Assembly: GCF_016026235.1 (NCBI RefSeq) | Contig: NZ_CP065613.1 | DNA: 64,000 nucleotides | Source: Escherichia coli | Lineage (GTDB): Bacteria; Pseudomonadota; Gammaproteobacteria; Enterobacterales; Enterobacteriaceae | Strand: one strand, 5' to 3' | Shown here: positions 38,892 to 49,801 of the stretch, piece after piece | Layout of the letters: each line of letters starts with the position of its first letter | How positions within the stretch are numbered: position 1 is the first letter of the stretch | Program-made: the position numbers and the translations under genes | Notes under the pieces: model-generated | What the model was told of the DNA's origin: nothing | What the model saw: only the letters and a program-made list of their open reading frames with translations | The model's database searches: none

Positions 38892-38927
38892 CCCTTAAGT
38901 CTGTGCGACACAGGCTTAAGGGTTTCT
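38892..38927. terminator. Hairpin in sufA-ydiH intergenic region (expected location of sRNA rydB; assignment uncertain)
   Basis: 14 bp stem CCCTTAAGTCTGTG / CACAGGCTTAAGGG with one G-T pair, flanked by AAAA and TTTCT; could terminate either strand. Confidence 0.4.
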
Positions 38928-39146
38928 ACCCCATCCGGCGCTTATCTCCGGCACTCTCAGTGGCTTAGCTCTTGAAGGGGCGATAAGAATAATCTCATAA
39001 AGCTAACCCGTCGTTTTAACACAAACTGCGATTAGTATTATTTTTGAACAATATCAGGCGGTAGATAAGCAGTATTAAGAAGGTCATCGAACCTGGACGG
39101 AGGTTAATCCAGGTCGATTTGGCGAACTTGCGGCATTAAGTCAGGA

Positions 39147-39335
39147 TCAATGCACGCCCAGACGCCAGGCAAAGTAGATTTCTTCTTTTAATTCAGCAGA
39201 AGAGAGAGTAAGCAGGTCAGCAAATTCAAGTTCTAGTTGTTTCAGACGTTTGAGATATTGGGCAGGTGAAAGATTGCTCTGGTCACGGCGTAAAAATTCA
39301 ATGGCCAGCTGGGTGGGATCAAGTTGAGTAGACAT
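39147..39335 (-). CDS. ydiH: Small protein YdiH
   Basis: 62 aa from MSTQLDPTQL...; ORF track extends upstream to 39416. Confidence 0.7.
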   Translation of the reverse strand: MSTQLDPTQLAIEFLRRDQSNLSPAQYLKRLKQLELEFADLLTLSSAELKEEIYFAWRLGVH

Positions 39336-39434
39336 AGCATCCTCGCTTTTAGACAAGACCTGCACAGTATACCACCGTTTACTGTGCAGATAATGACCAA
39401 AAACAATATGCGTCACACTTTTCTGGTGACAACG

Positions 39435-39845
39435 TCACAAAATGGCGGTCGTCAATCGTGACGAACAGCACAAACGCCCTTTCTCATCGAAGATTTCAAT
39501 CTGCCAGACCTGGTGACGCGAACCGAGATGCAACGGTTTACATATGCCGCGCACCCGCCCTTCTCGTGCCGAGCGGACGTGATTAGCATTGATTTCCAGA
39601 CCAACCACTTTTTGCTCACCTTCGGTACATAAATAACCGGCAACGGAACCGATACTTTCGGCCAGCACCACGGATGCGCCTCCATGCAGCAACCCGAAAG
39701 GCTGCTTTGTCCGCGAGTCTACTGGCATTGTCGCTTCAAGGGTGTCATCACCAATATGTTCAAAGCGAATATCCAGTAACCCCACCATGTTTCCTTCACC
39801 CATGGCATTCAGTGCTTCCAGGGTGATTTTTCGTTTCCATATCAT
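39435..39845 (-). CDS. menI: Hotdog-fold thioesterase (1,4-dihydroxy-2-naphthoyl-CoA hydrolase MenI/YdiI)
   Basis: 136 aa PaaI-type thioesterase; start overlaps ydiJ stop (ATGA). Confidence 0.88.
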   Translation of the reverse strand: MIWKRKITLEALNAMGEGNMVGLLDIRFEHIGDDTLEATMPVDSRTKQPFGLLHGGASVVLAESIGSVAGYLCTEGEQKVVGLEINANHVRSAREGRVRGICKPLHLGSRHQVWQIEIFDEKGRLCCSSRLTTAIL

Positions 39846-42800
39846 TTAATAATCTCCAGTAAAGCCTGCACAGGATGGCGTACCCCCGTGCCTTCAACCC
39901 GTTTGACCTGACTACGGCAGGAATATCCGGTCGCCAGACAGCGGTTACGCGGCAGTCGCTGCATAGCCTGATGCCAGGATAACTCATAGATCCCGAGCGA
40001 ATTTTTATGGTTTTTCGCTTCATGTCCGTAAGTCCCTGCCATGCCGCAGCAACCCACGCTGACATTTTCCAGTTTCGCGCCAAAACGGGCAAATATCGCG
40101 GCCCATTGTGCTGGCGCACCCGGCAAGGCGGTAACTTCGGTACAGTGACCAAAGAAATACCATGATTCACCGCTGACTGTAGCCACTGGCTGTGACTCAA
40201 GTGCGCTTGCCAGCCATTCATTCGCCAGTAAGACGTTAAACTCGCCACGTTCCTCGCCCAGTGCCAGTTTATATTCATCGCGATAACAAAGTACCAGCGC
40301 AGGATCGACGCCTACCATTGGCATACCCAGCTTCGCCATACGGTTGAGGAAATCCGCCGTCTTTTTCGCCGTCTTCGCAAAACGATTAAGAAAGCCTTTG
40401 ATATGCTGGGCTTTGCCATTTGGTGAAAATGGCAGTAACACAGGCTGGAAACCTAATTTTTCGACCAGACGGACAAAATCCGCCACCACTTGCGCATCGT
40501 AATAGCTGGTAAAGGGGTCCTGCACCACCAACACCGTGCGCGCTTTCTGCTCTGCATTGAGAGCTTCAAGCTGTTCCAGCGTCATGTTTGCCGAGCGATG
40601 CCCCACCATTTGTTGTTGTAGCGAGGGGACCGACAGCAGTGGCAAATCAACCATGCCGATATGTTTTTCCGAGAGTTTGCGCACCAGCGGCTGGTTAATG
40701 AAGAAGTTAAAGGTTTTCGGCGCGCGTGCCATCAGCGGTGCGTAGCTCTCGACCGTAGCGACGAGGTGGTCGCGCAGCGGGCGTAAATAACGGGTGTGAT
40801 AGAGCTGCAGGAAACGAGAGCGAAACTCCGGCACATCAATTTTGATGGGGCACTGGGTCGAACACGCTTTACAGGCCAGACAGCCCGACATCGCCTCTTT
40901 GACTTCGTGTGAGAAGTCATATTCGCCTTTATTCGCATGCCAGCTATTGCGCGTGCGGGCAATTAACGTCCGCAAACTGACGCCGGATTCAGGCAGTTCT
41001 TGTTCCAGTTTGAGTGGATCAACGCCGCGATCCGCCAACAAACGCAGCCATTCACGCACCAGCGTTGCGCGCCCTTTCGGTGAATGAATCCGGTTCTGGG
41101 TGATCTTCATCGACGGACACATCGGACTACGGGCATCAAAGTTGAAGCATAAACCGTTGCCGTTACACTCCATCGCACCGCGCCACTGCTGGCGTACCGC
41201 AATGGGGATCTGCCGATCGAATGTACCGCGCTTCACCGCGTCCACTTTCATCATCGGCGCATCGAGACCTTCTGGCGGGCAAATCTTCCCTGGGTTGAGT
41301 CGGTTATGCGGGTCAAATGCCGCTTTCACTTTGCGCAGTTCTGCAAAAAGTTCCTCACCGAAAAACGCCGGGCTGTATTCAGCGCGAAAACCTTTGCCGT
41401 GCTCGCCCCACAACAAACCACCGTATTTCGCAGTCAGCGCCACCACGTCATCAGAGATTTGCTTCATCAAAATCTCTTGTTGAGGATCGCACATATCCAG
41501 CGCTGGACGGACGTGCAAGACACCTGCGTCGACGTGACCGAACATACCGTAGCTTAAGCCGTGGCTGTCGAGCAGCGCGCGAAATTCAGCAATATAATCC
41601 GCCAGGTGTTCCGGCGGTACGCAGGTATCCTCAGCAAACGGAATTGGCTTAGCGGCACCTTTGGCATTGCCAAGCAGACCAACGGCTTTTTTGCGCATTG
41701 CATAGATACGTTCAACCCCCGCCAGCTCACGGCACACCTGCCAGCCGATGACACCTGCTTGATGACTGGCGATCAGCTCATCCAACCGCGCACAGAGTGC
41801 ATTTACCCGCTCATCAATCAGCGCCTCATCATCACCAGCAAATTCCACAATGTTCAGCCCGAGCATCTCTTGGTCAGGCACATCGGTAATCAACTCGCTG
41901 ACGGAATGCCAGACAATATCTTCCCGCGCCAGATTCAGCACTTTTGAGTCCACCGTCTCTACCGAAAGCGCCCGCGCCTCAACCATAAACGGCGCGTTAC
42001 GCAGCGCAGAGTCAAAAGAGTCATATTTGACGTTCACCAGACGGCGCACTTTAGGCAAGCGCGTAATATCCAGCCGCGCTTCGGTAATAAAGGCCAGCGT
42101 CCCTTCTGAACCCGTCAGAATGCGCGTCAGGTCGAACTCGGTCATCTCATCGTTAAAGACATGACGCAGATCGTAACCGGTAAGAAAGCGGTTAAGTTTG
42201 GGGAAGTTGTCGATAATTAACTGGCGTTGCTGACGGCAACGTTGATAAACCGTGTTATAAATTCGCCCGATTGTGGTATTGGATTTACCCAGCGTTTCCG
42301 CCAGTTCGACGGGTAAAGGTTGCGTATCGAGAATATCGCCCCCCAACAACACCGCGCGTACGCCAAGTACGTGATCTGACGTTTTGCCATAGACCAGCGA
42401 TCCCTGACCGGATGCATCGGTATTGATCATCCCACCGAGCGTTGCCCGGTTGCTGGTCGAAAGTTCCGGCGCAAAAAAGTAGCCGAACGGTTTCAGGTAC
42501 TGATTGAGTTGATCTTTTATCACCCCGGCCTCAACGCGCACCCAGCCCTCTTCAGGGTTAATTTCGATGATGCGGTTCATATGGCGGGACATATCAACAA
42601 TAATCCCCTGGTTGAGCGCCTGACCGTTAGTGCCGGTGCCGCCGCCGCGGGGGGTAAAGATCAGCGATGAATAGCGTTCCTGCGCGGCAAGACGGGCGAT
42701 CAGCGCCACATCTGCGGTTGAACGCGGAAATACCACCGCATCGGGGAGAAGTTGGTAAATACTGTTGTCGGTCGACATTGTCAGACGATCGGCATAACTT

Positions 42801-42898
42801 GTCGCCGTATCGCCGGTAAAACCTTGTTGCTCCAGCTCTTGCAAAAAATTAAGCACCAGTTGAACGACGCCGGGTGCCTGGGAAATCTGTGGAATCAT
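39842..42898 (-). CDS. ydiJ: FAD-linked oxidoreductase with Fe-S domain, YdiJ
   Basis: ~1018 aa from MIPQISQAPGV...; FAD-binding and Cys-rich regions. Confidence 0.88.
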   Translation of the reverse strand: MIPQISQAPGVVQLVLNFLQELEQQGFTGDTATSYADRLTMSTDNSIYQLLPDAVVFPRSTADVALIARLAAQERYSSLIFTPRGGGTGTNGQALNQGIIVDMSRHMNRIIEINPEEGWVRVEAGVIKDQLNQYLKPFGYFFAPELSTSNRATLGGMINTDASGQGSLVYGKTSDHVLGVRAVLLGGDILDTQPLPVELAETLGKSNTTIGRIYNTVYQRCRQQRQLIIDNFPKLNRFLTGYDLRHVFNDEMTEFDLTRILTGSEGTLAFITEARLDITRLPKVRRLVNVKYDSFDSALRNAPFMVEARALSVETVDSKVLNLAREDIVWHSVSELITDVPDQEMLGLNIVEFAGDDEALIDERVNALCARLDELIASHQAGVIGWQVCRELAGVERIYAMRKKAVGLLGNAKGAAKPIPFAEDTCVPPEHLADYIAEFRALLDSHGLSYGMFGHVDAGVLHVRPALDMCDPQQEILMKQISDDVVALTAKYGGLLWGEHGKGFRAEYSPAFFGEELFAELRKVKAAFDPHNRLNPGKICPPEGLDAPMMKVDAVKRGTFDRQIPIAVRQQWRGAMECNGNGLCFNFDARSPMCPSMKITQNRIHSPKGRATLVREWLRLLADRGVDPLKLEQELPESGVSLRTLIARTRNSWHANKGEYDFSHEVKEAMSGCLACKACSTQCPIKIDVPEFRSRFLQLYHTRYLRPLRDHLVATVESYAPLMARAPKTFNFFINQPLVRKLSEKHIGMVDLPLLSVPSLQQQMVGHRSANMTLEQLEALNAEQKARTVLVVQDPFTSYYDAQVVADFVRLVEKLGFQPVLLPFSPNGKAQHIKGFLNRFAKTAKKTADFLNRMAKLGMPMVGVDPALVLCYRDEYKLALGEERGEFNVLLANEWLASALESQPVATVSGESWYFFGHCTEVTALPGAPAQWAAIFARFGAKLENVSVGCCGMAGTYGHEAKNHKNSLGIYELSWHQAMQRLPRNRCLATGYSCRSQVKRVEGTGVRHPVQALLEIIK

Positions 42899-43286
42899 TA
42901 TATTGACCCTTTCCTGCGGTCTGTGATGTAGGTCGATACACTGTTCTTTCAGGCGGCTGCAATAGCGCACAGAAAGGTGATGTTTATTTACTCTATGGAT
43001 TTCGAGTTGCAGGAAGGCGGCAAGCGAGTGAACTCCAGGAGCTTACAACAGTAAGTAACTGGGGTGAACGAACGTAGCCGCAGCATATGCAACTTGAAAT
43101 ACGACGAGTAAATCGTTTGCGTGTTGCCTGAGTTGTTGTACCACATTTTTTTCTAACACGCCCATCAGAATTAAGGGCAGAATCGGCCTGTTAAAAACCG
43201 CTGAAATTGCTCATCATTATGCAGGTGAGTTTCGCGTGTTCACGTCGCGTCGACGATTTGACGCACAAAAAAGGTGAAAAGTAGTT

Positions 43287-44399
43287 ATGGTAAATGTTCG
43301 TCAGCCCAGGGATGTCGCACAAATTCTGCTTTCGGTGCTGTTTTTAGCCATCATGATTGTGGCATGTCTGTGGATTGTTCAACCCTTTATTCTCGGCTTT
43401 GCATGGGCCGGTACGGTGGTTATCGCCACCTGGCCGGTATTGTTACGTTTGCAAAAGATCATGTTTGGCCGCCGCTCTCTCGCCGTTCTGGTGATGACGC
43501 TGTTATTAGTGATGGTGTTTATCATCCCTATTGCTTTGCTGGTTAACAGTATCGTCGACGGCAGTGGCCCGCTAATTAAAGCCATTTCCAGCGGTGACAT
43601 GACGTTACCCGATCTGGCGTGGCTTAATACCATTCCGGTGATTGGCGCGAAGCTGTATGCAGGCTGGCACAACTTGCTGGATATGGGGGGGACGGCGATC
43701 ATGGCGAAAGTCCGCCCTTATATTGGCACCACCACCACCTGGTTCGTTGGGCAAGCGGCGCATATCGGGCGCTTTATGGTGCATTGTGCACTGATGCTTC
43801 TCTTCAGTGCCCTGCTGTACTGGCGCGGTGAACAGGTGGCACAAGGCATTCGCCATTTTGCGACCCGTCTGGCAGGCGTTCGCGGAGATGCCGCCGTACT
43901 GCTGGCGGCACAGGCTATCCGCGCGGTGGCGCTGGGTGTGGTGGTGACGGCGTTAGTGCAGGCAGTGCTTGGCGGTATCGGCCTCGCCGTATCCGGCGTA
44001 CCTTATGCAACGTTGCTAACGGTGTTAATGATCCTTTCCTGCCTTGTCCAGCTTGGCCCGTTGCCGGTACTGATTCCGGCGATTATCTGGCTCTACTGGA
44101 CCGGCGATACCACCTGGGGAACGGTATTGTTAGTGTGGAGCGGTGTGGTTGGCACGCTGGATAACGTCATCCGCCCAATGTTAATTCGCATGGGTGCCGA
44201 TTTACCGCTGATCCTGATCCTCTCTGGCGTTATTGGTGGTTTGATTGCTTTCGGGATGATCGGTCTGTTTATTGGTCCGGTTCTGTTAGCCGTTTCCTGG
44301 CGTCTGTTTGCCGCGTGGGTGGAAGAAGTCCCGCCGCCGACGGACCAACCGGAAGAAATTCTCGAAGAACTTGGCGAAATCGAGAAACCGAATAAGTAA
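43287..44399 (+). CDS. ydiK: AI-2E/PerM-family membrane transporter YdiK
   Basis: 370 aa multi-TM ORF. Confidence 0.85.
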   Translation: MVNVRQPRDVAQILLSVLFLAIMIVACLWIVQPFILGFAWAGTVVIATWPVLLRLQKIMFGRRSLAVLVMTLLLVMVFIIPIALLVNSIVDGSGPLIKAISSGDMTLPDLAWLNTIPVIGAKLYAGWHNLLDMGGTAIMAKVRPYIGTTTTWFVGQAAHIGRFMVHCALMLLFSALLYWRGEQVAQGIRHFATRLAGVRGDAAVLLAAQAIRAVALGVVVTALVQAVLGGIGLAVSGVPYATLLTVLMILSCLVQLGPLPVLIPAIIWLYWTGDTTWGTVLLVWSGVVGTLDNVIRPMLIRMGADLPLILILSGVIGGLIAFGMIGLFIGPVLLAVSWRLFAAWVEEVPPPTDQPEEILEELGEIEKPNK

Positions 44400-44406
44400 T
44401 TTCTCA

Positions 44407-44431
44407 TCAGGCGGCTCTGCCGCCTGATTGT
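44407..44431 (+). terminator. Terminator-like hairpin after ydiK
   Basis: TCAGGCGG CTCT GCCGCCTGA followed by TTGTT. Confidence 0.55.
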
Positions 44432-44584
44432 TAACCACCGCTAATTGATATTTGCTTGCTCTTCCCCATATTTTCCTGCTTACCGCCATTCAGCTGGTAG
44501 TACCTGTCGCAAATTCTTTACAGTTTTTAAACTAATGAGACGAATCTGATCGACGAAAAAAGTCCGTATGCCTACTATTAGCTC

Positions 44585-44690
44585 ACGGTTATAAATCAAC
44601 ATATTGATTTATAAGCATGGAAATCCCCTGAGTGAAACAACGAATTGCTGTGTGTAGTCTTTGCCCATCTCCCACGATGGGCTTTTTTTT
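44585..44690 (+). ncRNA. rprA: sRNA RprA (RpoS translational activator)
   Basis: Sequence ACGGTTATAAATCAACATATTGATTTATAAGCATGGAAATCCCC...GCCCATCTCCCACGATGGGCTTTTTTTT recognised as rprA including its terminator. Confidence 0.88.
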
Positions 44691-44827
44691 AACATTTTTC
44701 CGCTTCGCTACCTCGCCCCTCACTCTTTCCAATAATGTTGCACAAGATACTGTGACTCTCTTCAAGCCGTCAGCAGGCTGATAATGTTATTTATATTTTA
44801 TTGTTTATTTCATGCAGCCATTACACG

Positions 44828-45184
44828 ATGAACGCTTATGAACTCCAGGCACTCCGCCATATTTTTGCCATGACTATTGATGAATGCGCGACCTGGATTG
44901 CCCAGACCGGTGACAGTGAAAGCTGGCGTCAATGGGAAAATGGCAAGTGTGCCATTCCTGATTGTGTAGTCGAGCAACTGTTGGCTATGCGTCAGCAAAG
45001 AAAAAAACATCTTCATGCCATCATAGAGAAAATAAATAACCGCATCGGCAACAACACCATGCGTTTTTTCCCCGACTTAACCGCATTTCAACGAGTCTAC
45101 CCTGATGGCAATTTTATTGACTGGAAGATCTATCAATCGGTAGCCGCTGAATTATATGCACACGATCTGGAGCGGCTTTGTTAA
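44828..45184 (+). CDS. ydiL: YdiL, uncharacterised protein
   Basis: 118 aa from MNAYELQALRHIF... Confidence 0.78.
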   Translation: MNAYELQALRHIFAMTIDECATWIAQTGDSESWRQWENGKCAIPDCVVEQLLAMRQQRKKHLHAIIEKINNRIGNNTMRFFPDLTAFQRVYPDGNFIDWKIYQSVAAELYAHDLERLC

Positions 45185-45283
45185 TTTTTCCACAGAAAGG
45201 AATTGTCGTTGTTACAACAATAATGAATGGATACTGACACAACATCGCTACACTTTTTAAAGCACCTTTGCTAAGTAGAACCT

Positions 45284-46497
45284 ATGAAAAATCCCTATTA
45301 CCCTACCGCACTTGGGTTGTATTTTAATTACCTGGTGCATGGTATGGGCGTCATTTTGATGAGCCTGAATATGGCCTCGCTGGAGACACTTTGGCAGACT
45401 AATGCCGCGGGTGTCTCGATAGTTATCTCATCGCTGGGCATTGGTCGATTAAGTGTCTTGCTTTTTGCAGGATTATTATCCATCGCTTTGGTCGCCGCCC
45501 TTTTATCATGCTCGGGATGTGCTGCTATATGGCCTTCTTTTTTGGCATCCTGCAGACCAATAACATCATTATCGCTTATGTTTTTGGCTTTCTGGCGGGA
45601 ATGGCAAACAGTTTTCTCGATGCAGGCACTTATCCCAGTTTGATGGAAGCTTTTCCACGCTCACCTGGGACAGCCAATATTTTAATTAAAGCATTTGTTT
45701 CCAGCGGACAATTTTTATTACCGCTAATCATTAGCCTGTTAGTGTGGGCTGAACTGTGGTTCGGTTGGTCCTTTATGATTGCTGCAGGCATTATGTTTAT
45801 TAACGCTCTGTTTTTATACCGTTGTACGTTCCCACCCCATCCGGGTCGTCGCTTACCTGTCATAAAGAAAACCACCAGCTCTACGGAACATCGCTGTTCA
45901 ATTATCGATTTAGCCAGTTATACCTTATATGGCTATATCTCAATGGCAACGTTTTATCTGGTTAGCCAGTGGCTGGCACAGTACGGACAATTTGTTGCAG
46001 GCATGTCATACACTATGTCGATCAAACTACTCAGTATCTACACCGTGGGTTCGCTGCTTTGTGTATTTATTACCGCTCCACTCATTCGTAATACCGTTCG
46101 CCCAACAACATTACTGATGCTGTACACCTTTATCTCATTTATTGCTCTGTTTACCGTCTGCCTGCATCCCACATTTTATGTGGTGATAATATTTGCTTTT
46201 GTCATTGGTTTTACCTCTGCTGGAGGTGTTGTGCAAATTGGCTTGACGTTAATGGCTGAACGTTTCCCTTACGCTAAAGGTAAAGCTACAGGGATCTATT
46301 ACAGTGCGGGCAGTATTGCGACCTTTACTATTCCGTTGATTACGGCTCATCTGTCCCAAAGAAGTATTGCCGATATTATGTGGTTCGATACCGCCATCGC
46401 TGCCATCGGCTTTTTACTGGCACTGTTTATCGGCTTACGCAGCCGCAAAAAAACGCGGCATCACTCGCTAAAGGAAAATGTCGCTCCGGGTGGGTAA
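45284..46497 (+). pseudogene. ydiM: MFS transporter YdiM, inactivated by a 1 bp deletion frameshift near codon 66
   Basis: ORFs 45284-45643 and 45508-46497 overlap in different frames; switch lies at the MFS motif codons (LLS | RFGRRP), ~45481-45483. Confidence 0.8.
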
Positions 46498-46717
46498 TGC
46501 AATATTCTTTTCAGGTCATGCAAGATCTTACGGATAAATAACTCTTTCTGCGCTAACTAAGGAAAATCGCGATCAAAAACAAACTATGACATGCAATATT
46601 CCTGGAAACATAAACTTTATGCCATGTACCCAGGGAAAATAATCTTCAGTATAGTAATTATGTAAACCGTCGGAGAACAATACGTACGGTAACGAAATTA
46701 TCTTTCAGCAAGGAGCT

Positions 46718-47989
46718 GTGAAAATGTCTCAAAATAAGGCTTTCAGCACGCCATTTATCCTGGCTGTTCTTTGTATTTACTTCAGCTACTTCCTGCACGG
46801 CATTAGTGTTATTACGCTTGCCCAAAATATGTCATCTCTGGCGGAAAAGTTTTCCACTGACAACGCGGGCATTGCCTACTTAATTTCCGGTATCGGTTTG
46901 GGGCGATTGATCAGTATTTTATTCTTCGGTGTGATCTCCGATAAGTTTGGTCGTCGGGCGGTGATATTAATGGCAGTAATAATGTATCTGCTGTTCTTCT
47001 TTGGTATTCCCGCTTGCCCGAATTTAACTCTCGCCTACGGTCTGGCAGTGTGCGTAGGTATCGCTAACTCAGCGCTGGATACGGGTGGCTACCCCGCGCT
47101 CATGGAATGCTTTCCGAAAGCCTCTGGTTCGGCGGTCATACTGGTTAAAGCGATGGTGTCATTCGGGCAAATGTTCTACCCAATGCTGGTGAGCTATATG
47201 TTGCTCAATAATATCTGGTACGGCTATGGGCTGATTATTCCGGGTATTCTGTTTGTACTGATCACGCTGATGCTGTTGAAAAGCAAATTCCCCAGCCAGT
47301 TGGTGGACGCCAGCGTAGCTAATGAATTACCGCAAATGAACAGCAAACCGTTAGTCTGGCTGGAAGGTGTTTCATCGGTACTGTTCGGTGTAGCCGCATT
47401 CTCGACCTTTTATGTGATTGTGGTGTGGATGCCCAAATATGCGATGGCTTTTGCTGGTATGTCAGAAGCTGAGGCATTAAAAACCATCTCTTATTACAGT
47501 ATGGGCTCGTTGGTCTGTGTCTTTATTTTTGCCGCACTACTGAAAAAAATGGTCCGGCCCATCTGGGCTAATGTATTTAACTCTGCACTGGCAACAATAA
47601 CAGCAGCCATTATCTACCTGTACCCTTCTCCACTGGTGTGTAATGCCGGCGCCTTTGTTATCGGTTTCTCAGCAGCTGGCGGCATTTTACAGCTCGGTGT
47701 TTCGGTCATGTCAGAGTTTTTCCCAAAAAGCAAAGCCAAAGTCACCAGTATTTATATGATGATGGGTGGACTGGCTAACTTTGTTATTCCGCTGATTACT
47801 GGTTATCTGTCGAACATCGGCCTGCAATATATCATTGTTCTCGATTTTACTTTCGCGCTGCTGGCCCTGATTACCGCAATTATTGTTTTTATCCGCTATT
47901 ACCGCGTTTTTATTATTCCTGAGAATGATGTGCGGTTTGGCGAGCGCAAATTTAGCACCCGGTTAAACACAATTAAGCATAGAGGTTAA
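46718..47989 (+). CDS. ydiN: MFS transporter YdiN
   Basis: ~421 aa 12-TM ORF (alternative start at 46724). Confidence 0.85.
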   Translation: MKMSQNKAFSTPFILAVLCIYFSYFLHGISVITLAQNMSSLAEKFSTDNAGIAYLISGIGLGRLISILFFGVISDKFGRRAVILMAVIMYLLFFFGIPACPNLTLAYGLAVCVGIANSALDTGGYPALMECFPKASGSAVILVKAMVSFGQMFYPMLVSYMLLNNIWYGYGLIIPGILFVLITLMLLKSKFPSQLVDASVANELPQMNSKPLVWLEGVSSVLFGVAAFSTFYVIVVWMPKYAMAFAGMSEAEALKTISYYSMGSLVCVFIFAALLKKMVRPIWANVFNSALATITAAIIYLYPSPLVCNAGAFVIGFSAAGGILQLGVSVMSEFFPKSKAKVTSIYMMMGGLANFVIPLITGYLSNIGLQYIIVLDFTFALLALITAIIVFIRYYRVFIIPENDVRFGERKFSTRLNTIKHRG

Positions 47990-48000
47990 AGGAGTTAATT

Positions 48001-48867
48001 ATGGATGTTACCGCAAAATACGAATTGATTGGGTTGATGGCTTATCCTATCCGCCACAGTTTATCGCCTGAAATGCAGAATAAAGCCTTAGAAAAAGCGG
48101 GATTGCCATTTACCTATATGGCCTTCGAAGTGGATAACGATAGCTTTCCCGGAGCAATTGAAGGATTAAAAGCTCTAAAAATGCGCGGAACTGGTGTATC
48201 AATGCCGAACAAACAACTGGCGTGTGAATATGTTGATGAATTAACGCCAGCAGCCAAACTGGTGGGTGCCATCAACACCATCGTTAATGATGATGGCTAT
48301 CTGCGTGGCTATAACACCGACGGCACGGGCCATATTCGCGCCATTAAAGAGAGCGGTTTTGATATCAAAGGCAAAACGATGGTGCTGTTAGGGGCCGGAG
48401 GTGCCTCAACGGCGATTGGCGCGCAGGGGGCAATTGAAGGTTTAAAAGAAATTAAACTCTTTAACCGTCGGGATGAGTTCTTCGATAAAGCCCTCGCCTT
48501 CGCGCAGCGGGTTAACGAAAACACCGATTGTATCGTCACGGTTACCGATCTCGCCGATCAGCAAGCCTTTGCTGAAGCCCTGGCTTCCGCCGACATTTTA
48601 ACCAATGGCACAAAAGTGGGTATGAAACCCCTTGAGAATAAATCATTGGTTAATGATATCAGTCTGTTACATCCGGGACTTCTGGTCACTGAATGCGTGT
48701 ATAACCCGCATATGACGAAGTTATTGCAGCAGGCGCAACAAGCTGGTTGCAAAACGATTGATGGATACGGCATGTTGTTGTGGCAAGGGGCTGAACAGTT
48801 CACGTTATGGACTGGCAAAGATTTCCCTCTGGAATATGTTAAACAGGTCATGGGGTTCGGTGCCTGA
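48001..48867 (+). CDS. ydiB: Quinate/shikimate dehydrogenase
   Basis: 288 aa AroE-like with GAGGA Rossmann motif. Confidence 0.9.
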   Translation: MDVTAKYELIGLMAYPIRHSLSPEMQNKALEKAGLPFTYMAFEVDNDSFPGAIEGLKALKMRGTGVSMPNKQLACEYVDELTPAAKLVGAINTIVNDDGYLRGYNTDGTGHIRAIKESGFDIKGKTMVLLGAGGASTAIGAQGAIEGLKEIKLFNRRDEFFDKALAFAQRVNENTDCIVTVTDLADQQAFAEALASADILTNGTKVGMKPLENKSLVNDISLLHPGLLVTECVYNPHMTKLLQQAQQAGCKTIDGYGMLLWQGAEQFTLWTGKDFPLEYVKQVMGFGA

Positions 48868-48897
48868 CAGGCTGACCGCGTGCAGAAAGGGTAAAAA

Positions 48898-49656
48898 ATG
48901 AAAACCATAACTGTAAAAGATCTCGTCATTGGTACGGGCGCACCTAAAATCATCGTCTCGCTGATGGCGAAAGATATCGCCAGCGTTAAATCCGAAGCTC
49001 TCGCCTATCGTGAAGCGGACTTTGATATTCTGGAATGGCGTGTGGACCACTATGCCGATCTCTCCAATGTGGAGTCTGTCATGGCGGCAGCAAAAATTCT
49101 CCGTGAAACCTTGCCAGAAACACCGCTGCTGTTTACCTTCCGCAGTGCCAAAGAAGGCGGCGAGCAGGCGATTTCCACCGAGGCTTATATTGCTCTCAAT
49201 CGTGCAGCCATCGACAGCGGCCTGGTTGATATGATCGATCTGGAGTTATTTACCGGCGATGATCAGGTTAAAGAAACCGTCGCCTACGCCCACGCGCATG
49301 ATGTGAAAGTTGTCATGTCCAACCATGACTTCCATAAAACGCCGGAAGCCGAAGAAATCATTGCCCGTCTGCGCAAAATGCAGTCCTTCGACGCCGATAT
49401 TCCTAAGATTGCGCTGATGCCGCAAAGTACCAGCGATGTGCTGACGTTGCTTGCCGCGACCCTGGAGATGCAGGAGCAGTATGCCGATCGTCCAATCATC
49501 ACGATGTCAATGGCAAAAACTGGCGTAATTTCTCGTCTGGCTGGTGAAGTATTTGGCTCGGCGGCAACTTTTGGTGCGGTAAAAAAAGCCTCTGCGCCAG
49601 GGCAAATCTCGGTAAATGATTTGCGCACGGTATTAACTATTTTACATCAGGCATAA
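48898..49656 (+). CDS. aroD: 3-dehydroquinate dehydratase, type I
   Basis: 252 aa. Confidence 0.93.
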   Translation: MKTITVKDLVIGTGAPKIIVSLMAKDIASVKSEALAYREADFDILEWRVDHYADLSNVESVMAAAKILRETLPETPLLFTFRSAKEGGEQAISTEAYIALNRAAIDSGLVDMIDLELFTGDDQVKETVAYAHAHDVKVVMSNHDFHKTPEAEEIIARLRKMQSFDADIPKIALMPQSTSDVLTLLAATLEMQEQYADRPIITMSMAKTGVISRLAGEVFGSAATFGAVKKASAPGQISVNDLRTVLTILHQA

Positions 49657-49664
49657 GCAATAAT

Positions 49665-49700
49665 ATTTCGGCGGGAATATCCTCCCCCGCCGAAATAAAA
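49665..49700 (+). terminator. Hairpin after aroD
   Basis: TTTCGGCGGG ... CCCGCCGAAA followed by A/T-rich run. Confidence 0.5.
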
Positions 49701-49801
49701 AAAGTATTTTTAACCGTATTTAATAAAAATATTTCGTGAGTCTCTGTGCGCTAATTCTCCATCTGGCGTAGGGAAAATCACACCTGAATCAGGAATTAAC
49801 A

